Origin: Octopus sinensis
Lineage: Eukaryota
Direction of reading: 5' to 3'
Assembly: GCF_006345805.1 (NCBI RefSeq)
Contig: NC_043001.1
Coordinates: 37,944,001-38,008,000, forward strand
DNA length: 64,000 nucleotides
In this document: piece by piece, positions 35,030 through 47,699 of the stretch
Layout of the letters: each line of letters opens with the position of its first letter
How positions within the stretch are numbered: position 1 is the stretch's first letter
Notes under the pieces: model-generated
Told to the model about the DNA's origin: nothing
What the model saw: the letters and a program-made list of their open reading frames with translations, nothing else
Database searches by the model: none
Translations under genes and position numbers: made by a program

Positions 35030-37360
35030 ATCATCATCATCATTTAACACCCGTTGACCATGCTAGTATGGGCTGGGTGGTTTGACCAGGGCTGGCAAGC
35101 TGAAAGGCTGCACCAGACACCAGTCTGATTTGGCATGGTTTCTACGACTGGATGCCCTTCCTAACGCCAACCATTCCGAGAGTGTAATAGCTACTTTTAT
35201 GTGCCACTGACATGGGTGCTATTTGCGTGACACCAGTATCTGCCACAACTGCAATTTTACTCAGCTTGATGGGTCTTCTCAAGCACGACATAATGCCAGA
35301 GGTCTTGGTCATTGCCTCCGTGAGGCCCAACGCTCGAAAGGAGCTTTTCAAATGCCACCAGCTTCAGCTACTTTGCCTCTGTGAAGCCCAACACTAAAAG
35401 GGTGCTTTTTACGTGCCACCGGCGTAGGTGCTAGTTATGCTACACCAGCATCAGCCACGATTACAATTTCACTTGGCTTGATGAGTCTTCTGAAGTACAG
35501 CATATCACCAAAGGACTTGGTCAAAGAGTGAATTTTTATATATTGTCATCATTTTATGCTAATTTTACCATGCTTGTATGGGTTGGATGGACCTTCTCCA
35601 AGACAGTGCCTTCTGAACGTCGTAAAGCATTCATTTTACTGATAGCTCGAGGGTTCCCTATTTCCATACACCTTTCACAGTTAAAGTCTTTATTCACAGT
35701 CAGCCTGCTCTTGATTCCATTACACTTCTCATGCACTTGTATATCGCATTGAGTACACTGTATGGTATTTTTGCCTGTTTCTTGTCTGCATATTGAACAT
35801 GGCCTTTTCCATATAAGTATCAGAATCCTAACTTCTTTCTCACAAAATCTTTAGTCTTCAGTAAGTCTATACTGAATCCTTTTGTTTTCATGTCTTGAAT
35901 TTTTTCTATAAAACTGCCACAGCTTCTGCATGCAGGAGTCCCCTCAGTAAACCAGTTTTAAACTCCATTGATGTGGACTTGCAGGACCATAATGAATAAG
36001 ATGAAGCAAAGGACTGAGCCTTGGTGGACACTTGCATTCTAAATTCCTAAATTCATTGTTAACATTCATTTTACTGAATTCATCAACTCCTAGTTTTCTT
36101 AGTGATCACTCTGTCAAACTCCTTCTCCAAATCAACACATGCTAGATAGAGATGCTTACACTTGGCTAGGGACTTCTCTTCTTGTTATCTTTGAGGAGAT
36201 CATTAGTGATACTTCAGCCTAGGAGAAATCTGAACTATATTTCATCTAAGCAGATACTCTCCCTAATAACTCTTTCAGTCACTTTCATAATGCGTCTCTC
36301 AGTTTGATAGCTTTGTGGTCACTTCTTTCACAAGTATCTCTGTACTACCACTTTCCTTCCAGGTTTTCAAGCCTATCTCTTAGTTTTTATTGCCCTATCT
36401 CTTAGATCATTCTACCACCATATTACTTATAACTTGGCTGTGACTTTGCCCTAGCCATATGTTTAATTAACAACACTAAGCAGATTATTTCATAAAAATT
36501 CCGTTTTCATCTACATCATGGTTTTAAATCTTTCTCCCTACAGTCATATATGCCAATTAGAACTTCTCTAAATCTCTTCCTTATTGCTGGATTTTTTAAT
36601 TTTCATATCTTCCTTCTTGGTATTGTCTTTTATTTCCAGATTTGCCTAGCATTGACTCTGAAGTCACAAGCCACTAATCTGCATTTGTAGTGTATTCATC
36701 ACCAGGAACAGTTTTGATATTTACAAAAGTTCTTCTGATCCATTTCCTGTTGAGAATATAATTTATTTGACCTCATTTCCTATAGGTGATGAGGTGGTTG
36801 GCTGGCTTCCTAAAGTGCATGTTGTAAATTGTTAAGTTAGTTGCATTACAGAACTCCAGGAGTCTTACACCCTCCTCATTTTTTGAACCATTTCCATAGC
36901 CTTCATGTATGACATGGAAAACATCAACATGTTGACCAAAATTGAAGTTGTTAGTCATGATGATGAAATTGCTGTCAATCGTCACTGAGATATTCTGTAG
37001 AAGGGTTTCATTGAATAGTCGTTTTTATTCTTCTATCAATCCTGCCTATGAGATGTACGCAAAGATAACTATCTCTGTTGAGCTGTCTATAACTAGAATC
37101 ATCTTATTCTAAAGCACACCTCGATTACCTTAATTACCTTATGTATCCATTTCTCAACTAACAGTATGGTTACTCTGCCTTTGCTGATACAAGAATATGT
37201 ATTGATGTCTCTTATCTTAAGGAGTTTAGCTAAGGATCCTCTTCACCTTAACTCTGGCATGAGGCACAGATCCACTTATCTCCACTCCAGTATTCAATAG
37301 ACTTACTTTTCATTTTGCCTACATTTATGGTTGCAACCCTAACGTTTTGGAACCTACAGA
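35030..37360 (-). mobile_element. RTE 3' UTR plus heavily decayed RTE LINE body
   Basis: (ATC)n tail and UTR at 35030-35520; HEKCNGIKSRL..FNCERC finger; VDVFHVIHEGYGNGSKNEEGVRLLEFC endonuclease; LRVATINV start near 37340. Confidence 0.78.
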
Positions 37361-37638
37361 AAGAGGATGTGTATATTAAGGGGAAAGATTGTTTGGTTGT
37401 GAGTTCATTACTGTTTCAAGGCAGCATATTCATGTAAAGCACATTCACTGTAAAGCACATTCACATTCACTTGGTTAAAATATATTGGCTGAAAGACAAA
37501 TTAATCAAAAACATATTAGTCGACATCAAATCCATCAGGAGACATACCTGCAGAAAATAGTATGACATTGAAACTTAACGTCAATTTTTACAAAGATAAA
37601 AACAAAATATTTTTTGAATGAAATATATTATCTAATAT

Positions 37639-38026
37639 TTCGTTTTTGGATTTGGTTTGCAAGATTCTTCATATGAGTTTGTGTGTTGAAGCATATTCTG
37701 TTGTGTCTGGGGAGAGTCGTTTTCTTTTTGTGCCTTATGATATAACACACTCACCGGTAAAATTTCCACTTATTTCTTATTTTTATTTTCCTAAAATTTT
37801 CGTTGTATCTTGCAACCTTTTCAATAGTCTTGACTATTGACTCTTTTCAAGAGTCTTGACTCTTTTCAAGAGTCTTGACTCTTTTCAAGAGTCTTGACTC
37901 TTGAAAAGGTTGCAAGATGCAACAAAAATTTTAGGAAAATAAAAATAAGAAATAAGTGGAAATTTTACTGGTGAGTGTGTTACATTATAAGGCACAAAAA
38001 GAAAATGACTCTCCCCAGACAACAGA
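37639..38026 (-). mobile_element. Fold-back insertion (family 2) with 3x19-bp repeat at the axis
   Basis: ~140-bp inverted arms; 14-bp TSD atattatctaatat at 37625-37638 and 38027-38040; unit gactcttttcaagagtctt x3 at 37839-37895. Confidence 0.8.
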
Positions 38027-39244
38027 ATATTATCTAATATATTTTCAGGTTATGTGGGAATGGGATGGTATAGAAAAAAATTATTATTAACAAAATTTCA
38101 TGGAAACTTAATCTCAGCTAATATTTTTAAACAAACTTAGAATTTTAATTTTTCAAATGAAATATATTTTCAATCATACTTTTGTACATGTTGCAGTGAG
38201 TGTGTGTGCGCGCGCACATTCTTTTTTCGTATAGTGTTCAACACAATAAACATTTCAATACTTAGGTACATGAATAGATTCACCTAATAATTTCATTGGT
38301 ACTTATTTTATTGGCGCGTGAATTATAAATTGGCATGAGTCAGTGTCTGCCGCTACGTTCTGAGTTCAAATTCCGCCGAGGTCGACTTTGCCTTTCGTCC
38401 TTTCGGGGTCGATAAATTAAGTACCAGTTACGCACTGGGGTCGATATAATCGATTAATCCCTTTGTCCTTGTTTGTCCCCTCTGTGTGTAGCCCCTTGTG
38501 GGTAGTAAGAAATATATATTGGGAGACGTAGCTGAGAAGCCAAAGGGACATAACTCTGTTCAGACCAGTTGCTCTATGAATTCATTGCCGCGTCACCAAT
38601 TGTATTATTTTTTCTAACACGGTTATACTATAAGAACAAGCAATTAATACAAGGGCTTGATTTATACTTATGCAATAGATTAATGGGTGATTGTGTGTAC
38701 AGCGTATCTTTCTGAAGAATATTAATGATTCTGTGACATGAATGTTTAGTGTTTATTGGTTATTGCATTTCGTAGGTCAATCTCAAATCTTCTACATTAT
38801 ATTCTCCCAGCTCTTTACATTCTGAGTTCAAATGCCACCGAGGTAGACTTCACTTTTTGTTCTTTCAGAATTGATAAAACAAAAACCAGCTGAGCATTGG
38901 AATAGACTAATCTCATCCTCCAAAATTTCAGGCTTATGCCTATATTAGAAAGAGATATATGTATATTACCTATTCATTTTGATTTATATATTAATAATTT
39001 CTAAATTTCAGGACTTTAAAACATAATATCACTAAATCATTGCATCTAAAATTTTATATAATTTTTGCCCACTTCTTTGAAAGATATTCATATATTCCAC
39101 TTTTCCTTTGAAAAAGTATATTTTTGTCTTTCTATGAATATGTCCCCTGCCCGAAACTCAATCTGAAAAAATTGACATTATAAAAATTAATAAAAAAAGC
39201 ACATGCACATACATTTATAATGCGTGAGTGAATGTTTGTAAATT

Positions 39245-39478
39245 ATATATGGCATGTAAAAAGCACCATCCGATCGTGGCCGTTTGCCAGCCTTGTCTGG
39301 CACGTAAAAAGCACCCACTACACTCACGGAGTGGTTGGCGTTAGGAAGGGCATCCAACCGTAGAAACATTAACAGATCAGACTGGGCCTGGTGCAGCCTT
39401 CTGGCTTCCCAGACCCCAGTTGAACCGTCCAACCCATGCTAGCATGGAAAGCGGATGCTAAACGATGATGATGATGAT
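39245..39478 (+). mobile_element. RTE 3' UTR / short retroposed tail
   Basis: gttggcgttaggaagggcatcc...gcatggaaagcggatgctaaacgatgatg. Confidence 0.8.
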
Positions 39479-40839
39479 ATATATATATATATGTATGTAT
39501 AATCAAAATAAGCAACAGGATATCCAGAGGTGATGCAGTATGACCGTTTCAAGCAGCTCCATTTAACTGAACAATGCAATCATTACATCAGCTTAAATGC
39601 AGGGCTATCCTCAGCTGCATAAATAAATAAATAAATAGAATTTTTTTAATCAGTCGGACACATTTGTATAATTTTACTTTAATCTTCTAAGAGGGTAACA
39701 AGACAGACAAGGTCCATGCTGTTTTCACTCCAGCATAGAAGTTTCTAAGACATCAGAAAAATATTTGTTTGGGTCATAGCATGTCACTGATTTTGGTTCA
39801 GTTATAATTTAGTAGTCTTGTTTATCCAATCTAAGATATATTCTAGAGAATAGTATCTATTAGGAAAGGGCATGAGGGAGTTGACAAAATTATAGTGGGT
39901 ATAGTCATAAAGCTCGTCAAGATTATTTTGAAGTAGTATCATACATCTGATCTGTTTTTCATGGGTAATTGAGAATTTACTGAAATTGGCTGTCTGAAGT
40001 TATGATGCAAATGTTAGAATTGTTATGTGCTCTGCTTATCAGAACAATTAAAATATATGAACCCATTATGAACTTTATACTAATTCAAAGAACAATGTTT
40101 TAATATATAGTTGAAACAATTTACATGTTAATATAACAATCTTTCTTTTCAATCAAACTAGAAAACTAACAAATTCGATGGACAACAAATTTGTTGTCCA
40201 TCGAATTTGTTAGTTTGATCTGGCAAAACTGCAGCTGTAATACTTTGTATAGCATCCCACAGATCTACCTTACTGTTGTACTGTTTGCCTCCTTCATAGA
40301 GTTTCTGTTTGACGATTGACCAAAGGTTTTCTATTGGGTTCAAGTCAGGGCTTGACAGTAGCCACTCCATTATTTTGTCTTCAGCAAATAGTTTGCACTC
40401 AAGAAACCCATGATTTAGGTGAGAAGCATGTGATGGAGCATTGTCATGCATAAATATACACTTTATTTTGAAACTGTGAGGCTGACGCTTTTACCATTCA
40501 AAGAAAAATTTGATCCAACAATTCACAATAATTAGTACAGTTGAGTTTTACACCTTCATCAATTCTAAATAGTCCAGTGATGGTTCTATTAACAATACCA
40601 GCCCATATCATTACACCACCACCTCCTTTTTGCCGTCTTGACAGAACCCATCCTTTAGCCCATCCATCTGGACCATCTAATGTGACATGCGATTCATCAG
40701 TGAATATGACATTTCTGAAACCTGTTTTTAAGTACTTTCTTGCCCACTTTAGATGTTTATCAATATTAGTTGGAGATATAGGAGGCTGGCGAGGAGATTT
40801 TTTCACAGAACCAATGTTGTGAAGGACTCTACACATTTT

Positions 40840-41289
40840 CATTATTTACATTATTTATATTTGACAGATATTTGTTCTCATCTTGTTTGTTGTTAACACA
40901 TTTCAGCTGATATACCCTCCAGCCTTCATCAGGTGTCTTGGGGAAATTTTGAACCTGGGTTCTAAGGTATTTTTCAATGTTGTTATTATTATTGTTATTA
41001 TTCAGGTCACTGCCTGGAATCGAACTTGGAATCTTGGGGTTAGTAGCCTGCGCTCTTAACCCCAAGATTCCGAGTTCGATTCCAGGCAGTGACCTTAATA
41101 ATAATAATAATAATATCAAAAAATACCTTAGGAATGAGAACCCAGGTTTGAAATTTCCCCAAGACACCTGATGAAGGCTGGAAGGTATATCAGCCGAAAC
41201 TTTGTGTTAACAACAAACAAGATGAGAACAAATATCCGTCAATTATAAATAATGTACATAATTCCTCATCTCTTAAATATAGAACAGTA
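40840..41289 (+). mobile_element. Fold-back insertion with tRNA-like head and two inverted hammerhead motifs (family 3)
   Basis: ~200-bp inverted arms; perfect 12-bp TSD tctacacatttt at 40828-40839 and 41290-41301; removing it restores the host Tc1 frame GVKRDKMCRVLHNIGS; B-box GTTCGATTCC at 41074-41083. Confidence 0.85.
41163..41208 (+). ncRNA. Minimal hammerhead-like motif, canonical CUGAUGA core
   Basis: Stem I GACAC/GTGTT; CTGATGA at 41168-41174; extra A; stem II GGCTG/CAGCC; GAAA at 41196-41199; CTTT linker. An inverted, more decayed copy lies at 40895-40939 (-). Confidence 0.65.
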
Positions 41290-41856
41290 TCTACACATTT
41301 TGTCTCTCTTTACTCCAACAATCCCAGCCATATTAAAACCCTTATCACTACTGAGTAGTGGGTTTTTAGTGACAATGTGTTTCAGCTGATGTTTATCTCT
41401 CGTGGATATGTTCTTGAACCCATTTCCAGACCTTGGTTTCCTGTTCTTTGTTATATCTTCAATAGTTTTCTTGATTGTTTGATGATCTCGGCTAAGCTGC
41501 TTCGAAATATTCAAAGAGGTCATGCCATCACTTTAAAGCTTAGTTATTTTCTGCTTTTCAGATGCTGTAATATCTTTCTTTTTACCCATGATTATATTAT
41601 GACCTGCAAAATAACAAAAACATATAATTAACACTTTAAAAATATAAATTCCAACATTTACATAATAACTTCAGACAGCCAATTTCAGTAAATTCTCAAT
41701 TACTCACGAAAAAAGATCAGATGTATGTCAAATTTTAGCCACAATTACAGAAGGGCATTTGTACCAACATCCTAAAATTTCAGCTTTCTATATACGTGTA
41801 CATTCATTTTATTAAAAAAAAACAGATATGCATATCTTCAGAGGTGTACATATATA

Positions 41857-42158
41857 GGCACAGAAGTGGCTGAGTGGTAAGTAGCTTGCTTACCAACCAC
41901 ATGGTTCTGGGTCCAGTCCCACTGCATGGCATCTTGGGCAAGTATCTTCTACTACAGCCTTGGGCCAATCAAAGCCTTGTGAGTGGATTTGGTTGATGGA
42001 AACTGAAAGAAGCCTGTTGTATACGTGTGTGTGTGTGTATGTTTGCGTGTCTGTTTGTCACCCCACCATTGCTCGACAACCGTTGCTGGTGTGTTTACGT
42101 CTCTGTAACTTAGCAGTTTAGCAAAAGAGACTGATAGAATAAGTACTAGGCTTACAAA

Positions 42159-42160
<2 letters not shown>
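41857..42160 (+). mobile_element. SINE family A (3'-truncated)
   Basis: Family consensus. Confidence 0.85.
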
Positions 42161-42196
<36 letters not shown>

Positions 42197-43019
42197 TACA
42201 CAAAGCGCTTCTTTCAGTTTCCATCTACCAAATCCTCTCACAAGGTTTTGATCAGCCTGAGGCTAAAGTAGAAGATACCCAAGGTACCACACAATGAGAC
42301 TGACCACATGGCTGAGAAGCAAAGTTCTTAACAACATAGACACACTTGCACCTATGAGCCATGCCTGTTCTTATAGCCACGGCTGCACCTATGTGTGCTG
42401 TTTGGGAAGGTTTGTTGATTTTTAAGATTTTCTGTTGATTCATGAATTATTTCAATTTGTTCAAACCTACTTGTAGCATCTCAACACTTTCTCACTGGAA
42501 CTCATGGAACAAATGTTCTCATGACAACTCCTGTTAGAAATTTTCTGTAATTTGTGCAAACATTATTTTCCAGTCCTTTAAAGTTTTTTTCTGGTTTCAC
42601 AGACAACAATCCCATATTACCATATTCCATATTGTTAAAGTCAATTTGAGAAAAATTGAAAAATTTGATACTGATACATGCTTTCACTGTTGTCTAAAGA
42701 CTTGAATAACTAGAAATCATCAGTGAAGAGCAATTAATGATGACTTATAGTTTTAAATATATTTGAAACTAAATTGTTAGATGAATGTTCTTACTTCTGC
42801 CAAGGAAAACTATCAAGCATTTTCAGTGTGTCTCCTATTTGCTCTCTCAAAGATTTCTGTCTAAGTTGCTATAGAAAGATGAGGGTTTATCATATACTCT
42901 CTAAGTGTTATTGTTCCTTGGTAAACGAGTTGCTTGTCAATGGCAAATCATTGCTTATCTGATTACAGATTTTAGCAGCCTGCTGATACTAAATTAATGC
43001 TTAGGATACTAGAAATATT

Positions 43020-43600
43020 GGTTTCAAATTTTGGCACAAGGTCAACAAGTTTAGAGGAAGGGGTAAGTTGTTCACATCGACCCCAGTGCTCAACTGGAAC
43101 TTATTTCAAGGGCAAAATCGACCTCAGTGGAATTTGAACTCAGAATGTAAAGACAGATGAAATACCTATTTCTTTACTACCCATAAGAGAGGCCAAACAA
43201 GGACAGACAAACGGATGAAGTCGATTACATCGACCCCAGTGCACATCTGGTATTTATTTTAGCGATCCTGGCAGGATGAAAGACAAATTCGACCTCGGCG
43301 GAATTTGAACTCACAACATCCAAGTCGACCATATGCCGCTATGCATTTTGCCCGGCCTGCTAACGATTCTTATTTCTTTATTGCCCACAAGAGGCTAAAT
43401 ATAGAGGGAACAAACAAGGAAAGACAAAGGGATTAAGTCGATTACATCGATCCAAGTGCGCAACTGATACTTAATTTATCGACCCCTAAAGGATGAAAGG
43501 CAAAGTCTACCTTGGCAGAATTTGAACTCAGAACGTAACAGCAGATGAAACACCACTAAGCATTTTGCCCAGCATGCTGATGATTCTGCTAGCTTGTCAC
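43020..43600 (-). mobile_element. Three head-to-tail SINE family B copies
   Basis: gaatttgaactca motif at ~43131, 43281 and 43519. Confidence 0.8.
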
Positions 43601-44435
43601 CTTATGAGTACAAGAGATATTAAAAGCAGAAATTTTAACCTGCCATATGTCAGACAGTATGGTGTGTTTCCAATGTAGCTATTTTCTCAGAAACATTCTC
43701 AGGTTAGTAAATCTTTCAACTAGATTTTATTTCAGTAGTTTTATAGCCTGTACTTAATGTAGAATGACAATAGTTTTTTTAGGTCAGCACCAAGTATGAT
43801 TAGCTATTAATTTACAAAAGTAACCTTTACTGCCCTATTTAATTTTATTCCATATGGATCAATATTTCTTTATTTTTATGATAGATGTGCCAGCTGATTG
43901 CTTTATTAATATTTTAAAGTCTACATTTTAAAATGAAATATATATGTAATTATTTTAGCTTTTATTTCTTTTTGTTTATTTTCCCAATAATCTTATGTGC
44001 AAATATTTTTATGAATATCCTTTCAATCTAGGAAGTCTTTTGAATCAGTTGGCACTTATTACATGCAGTGTTTTCTTCATATTTTAGCATTAATAAAAAC
44101 AAAATAAAAAAATCTAAAAACTTACCAAGGCCTTACTACAGTTGCTTGGGGACTAATCTATAGTTCTTATTGTTAGAAATGTGTCATAAGGGAATCTAAA
44201 GATTTCTTCCGTAACAACAGTGTCAATAATAATAATGTTTAAAGCACAAGGCCATGAAGTTTAGAGAAGAGTGAAATTGATTAGACTGATCTAAGTACAT
44301 GACTGGTACTATTTTATAGTCAAGCACAACACTAATTGACTATAGAACATGGAAGGTAACAATAGTTACTGGCAGGTATTTTAGATATTTTGTCTAGCAC
44401 TTTACTGACTCTCTCTCTCTCTATATATATATATA

Positions 44436-44801
44436 TATGGCTGTGCGGTAAGTAGCTTGCTAACCAACCACATGGTTCCAGGTTCAGTCCCACTGCGTGA
44501 CATCTTGGGCAAGTGTTTTCTGCTATAGCCCCGGGTCGACCAATGCCTTGTGAGTGGATTTGGTAGACGGAAACTGAAAGAAGCCTGTCGTATATATGTA
44601 TGTGTGTGTCTGTGTTTGTCCCCCTAGCATTGCTTGACAACCGATGCTGGTGTGTTTACGTCCCCGTCACTTAGCGATTCGGCAAAAGAGACCGATAGAA
44701 TAAGTACTGGGCTTACAAAGAATAAGTCCCGGGGTCTATTTGTTCAACTAAAGGCAGTGCTCCAGCATGGCCGCAGTCAAATGACTGAAACAAGTAAAAG
44801 A
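44436..44801 (+). mobile_element. SINE family A
   Basis: Family consensus. Confidence 0.85.
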
Positions 44802-46739
44802 GTATATAAAGAGAGAGAGAAAGGGAAAGAGAATGATTCTATATACATACATGTGGGTGGGGTGAAGAATTTCACAAAGGAGATGACAAGGGACTGTTGC
44901 AAATGGGTAGTGTTGAAGAATACTTCCATTCTAGAACAAACATGGCAAAGAGAACACTGATGAGAATTTACAAATACTTTTACAAAGAAATAACTGAATG
45001 TTCAATAATATCATCATCATCATCACCATTTGACTTCTTCCCAAGCTGGAATGGTTTGATGTGGGTTGCTACAATTTGAATCAGTTCTTTTCTTACCTGG
45101 AGTTACTAACCCCCTAGATTGGTACAAGATCACATCTCACTTGCATGCTCCATTTTGATATGCTTTTAATGGTTGAATGCTTTTCTAACACCAACCACAT
45201 TATTTAGTATACTGAGAACATTTTATCATGATACTGGTTCTAAAGAGGTTGACATGTCTTTGACAAGACTAATGGTTCCCTATACCCTATATAGTCACCT
45301 CTTCTTACACTAAAGTATACTGGATGCATTTTATTGTGGTCCAACACTAGAGAAAGTGTCTGGTCTTCTGCAAGATTTAAGGATTTTATACACTCTATTT
45401 TATCTGTACATAAGAGACAATGTGACTGAATGGCTGAATAGAAGAGAGATTATAATGGGAGAAGCTGAGTGACAGGGGTAAGAGGTTAGAGGATATATTA
45501 ATGGAAAAGTGAGAGAAAGTTATGGGCAGCTACATGCCAATTGTTGTGAAGGAGATTGAATAGGAAAACCATGAGTGATACTATCAAGAAGAAAAAGGGG
45601 TGAGAGAGAGGTAAGGTGATTGAAGAGGGAATAATGGAAGTGAGATGTACTGATGGTAGAGAGAGATAGAAAAAAGAGAGAGAGAGTGAATGATGTATGT
45701 CAATGATGAGAGATAGATGAGGGAGTAATGAAAGAGAAAGAGAGAGAGAGAAAAGGGAAGAAAGAAAAAATGATGACAGAGTGAGGAAGTGATATATGTC
45801 AACAATGAGTACCAAAAGTAAGAGTGATGACACCTATCAGCAAAGTTCTCAGATACATGCAATTTCAAACATTGCATCTGATTTTAGCCACATATTTCAG
45901 ATTAAAATTCAAATCACACAAATTTTCTGGGAAGAAATGGTCTACAAATAAATTATCCTTTTGATAACAATAATTTAGTCTCATGAATTATATTTAATTA
46001 TTACTTTTCCAAAGTAGAGAGAAGAGTCTATAAATTAGAATCACAATATAAACTACAATATTATTGCAGGTGCATTTCAATCAGAACAGCTAGAATTTTC
46101 TTTAGAACTGTCTTCCTTGTTTAACCCTTTGGCATTCAAATTATTCTGTCAAATGTAATGCTTTTCATTCACACTGTTTGGAATTAATCAAGCATTATCT
46201 TGTAGCTTTGAAAGACAGCGGGCTGGTAGAACTGTTAGCACACCAGGTGAAATGCTTAGCTGTATTTCATATGTCTTTATGTTCTGAGTTCAAATTCCAA
46301 CGAGGTCAACTTTGCCTTTCATCCTTTCGGGTTCAATAAATTAAGTACTAGTTGCATACTGGGGTTGATCTAATAGACTGGCCCCTTACCCAAAAATTTT
46401 CTAGAATAGAAAAGATTATCTTGTAGCTTAAAGATCTTGATAATGTGATTGTATATTTTTAGAATGATATTGTAGGGTAGGTGTGAGAGGCCAGATCTCG
46501 TCAGTTTGAACATAAAACAGATAGGATATATGGGCCTGATATGGCCAGTTTAAATGCTAAAGGGTTAAGTAAAAATAAATAAAACCCTGGGTATATTTGA
46601 GTATAATTTTGCTTGTCTATGACTTCCAGGTGAATTGGCAAGAATATATTCTCTTATGCCTATAGTTGCAGCCTGCCCAAGAACTGGCAGAACACACACC
46701 TTGTGTATGAGTGTTCGATATTGTTTATTTATATAGAGA

Positions 46740-46929
46740 GCACCCATGCAGTGCCACATACAACCATCCAGCTCACTCTGTAAAGTGGTTGGCATTTGGA
46801 AGGGCATCAAGCCATAGAAACCAAGCCAAATCATGGAGTCTGGTGCAGCCCTGTCAACTTGCCAGCTCTAGTCACACTGTCCAACCCATGCCAACATGGA
46901 CAACAGACATTAAATGATGATGATCTGTG

Positions 46930-46994
<65 letters not shown>

Positions 46995-47600
46995 CTATTT
47001 ATACATATATTTATATATCATCGTTGTCATCATCATCATTTAACATCCGCTTTCCATGCTGGCATGGGTTGGACGGTTTGATTGAGGAATGGCAAGCCAG
47101 TAGGTTCCACCAGGCTCCAATCTGATCCAACAAGGTTTCTACAGTTGGTTGCCCTTCCTAACGCCAACCACTCTGAGGGTGTAGTGGGTGCTTTTTACAT
47201 GCCAATGGCATGGCAACCAGTCAGGGTCCACTAGCTTTGACCACATCCAGATAGTACTTTTTACATGCCACCAGCACGGGAGCCAGTCAGGGGGCACTGG
47301 CATCAACCATGTTCAGATGGCACTTTTTACATGCCACTGGCATGGGAACCAGTCAGGTGGCTCTGGCATTGACCCATGCTCGAATGGTGCTTCTTACGTG
47401 CCACCAGCACAGGTGCTAGTCAGACAGCACTGGCCACAACTACGATTTCACTTGACTCAACAGATCTTCTCAAGTACATCACATCACCCGACACTTCAAG
47501 GATACTTTTAAGTGGGCCAGTTATGCAACACTGGCATCGGCCATGGCTGCGATCTCACTTTACTTGCTGGGTCTTCTCCATCACAACATATCTCCAAGGG
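46740..47600. mobile_element. Two RTE 3' UTR copies tail-to-tail around (TA)n
   Basis: (+) copy at 46740-46925 and (-) copy at 47015-47600. Confidence 0.75.
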
Positions 47601-47699
47601 TCTTGGTTCCCACAAAAATCATTTGCACATCAACAAAATATGTTTTAGTTAGGATATTGATTGAGGTTTTTCTCTCATTTTTGTTTTTCTTTTAAAGCA

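Larger units (their letters stand above)
39942..41725 (-). mobile_element. Degenerate Tc1 (DD34E) transposon with TIRs, interrupted by the 40840-41289 insertion
   Basis: VIFTDES, HDNAPSHAS and SPDLNPIENLW motifs; ~78-bp inverted repeats at ~39942-40020 and ~41650-41725; frameshifts and stops. Confidence 0.9.

Noticed and set aside
42360-42960. Short ORFs (MKACISIKFF..., MLDECSYF...)
   Set aside because: No recognisable motif, stops in all frames over the region, and no coherent splice structure.
44120-44200. Minus-strand GTAAGT donor with an upstream AG
   Set aside because: The candidate exon has stops in all three frames; at most a non-coding exon, unsupported.
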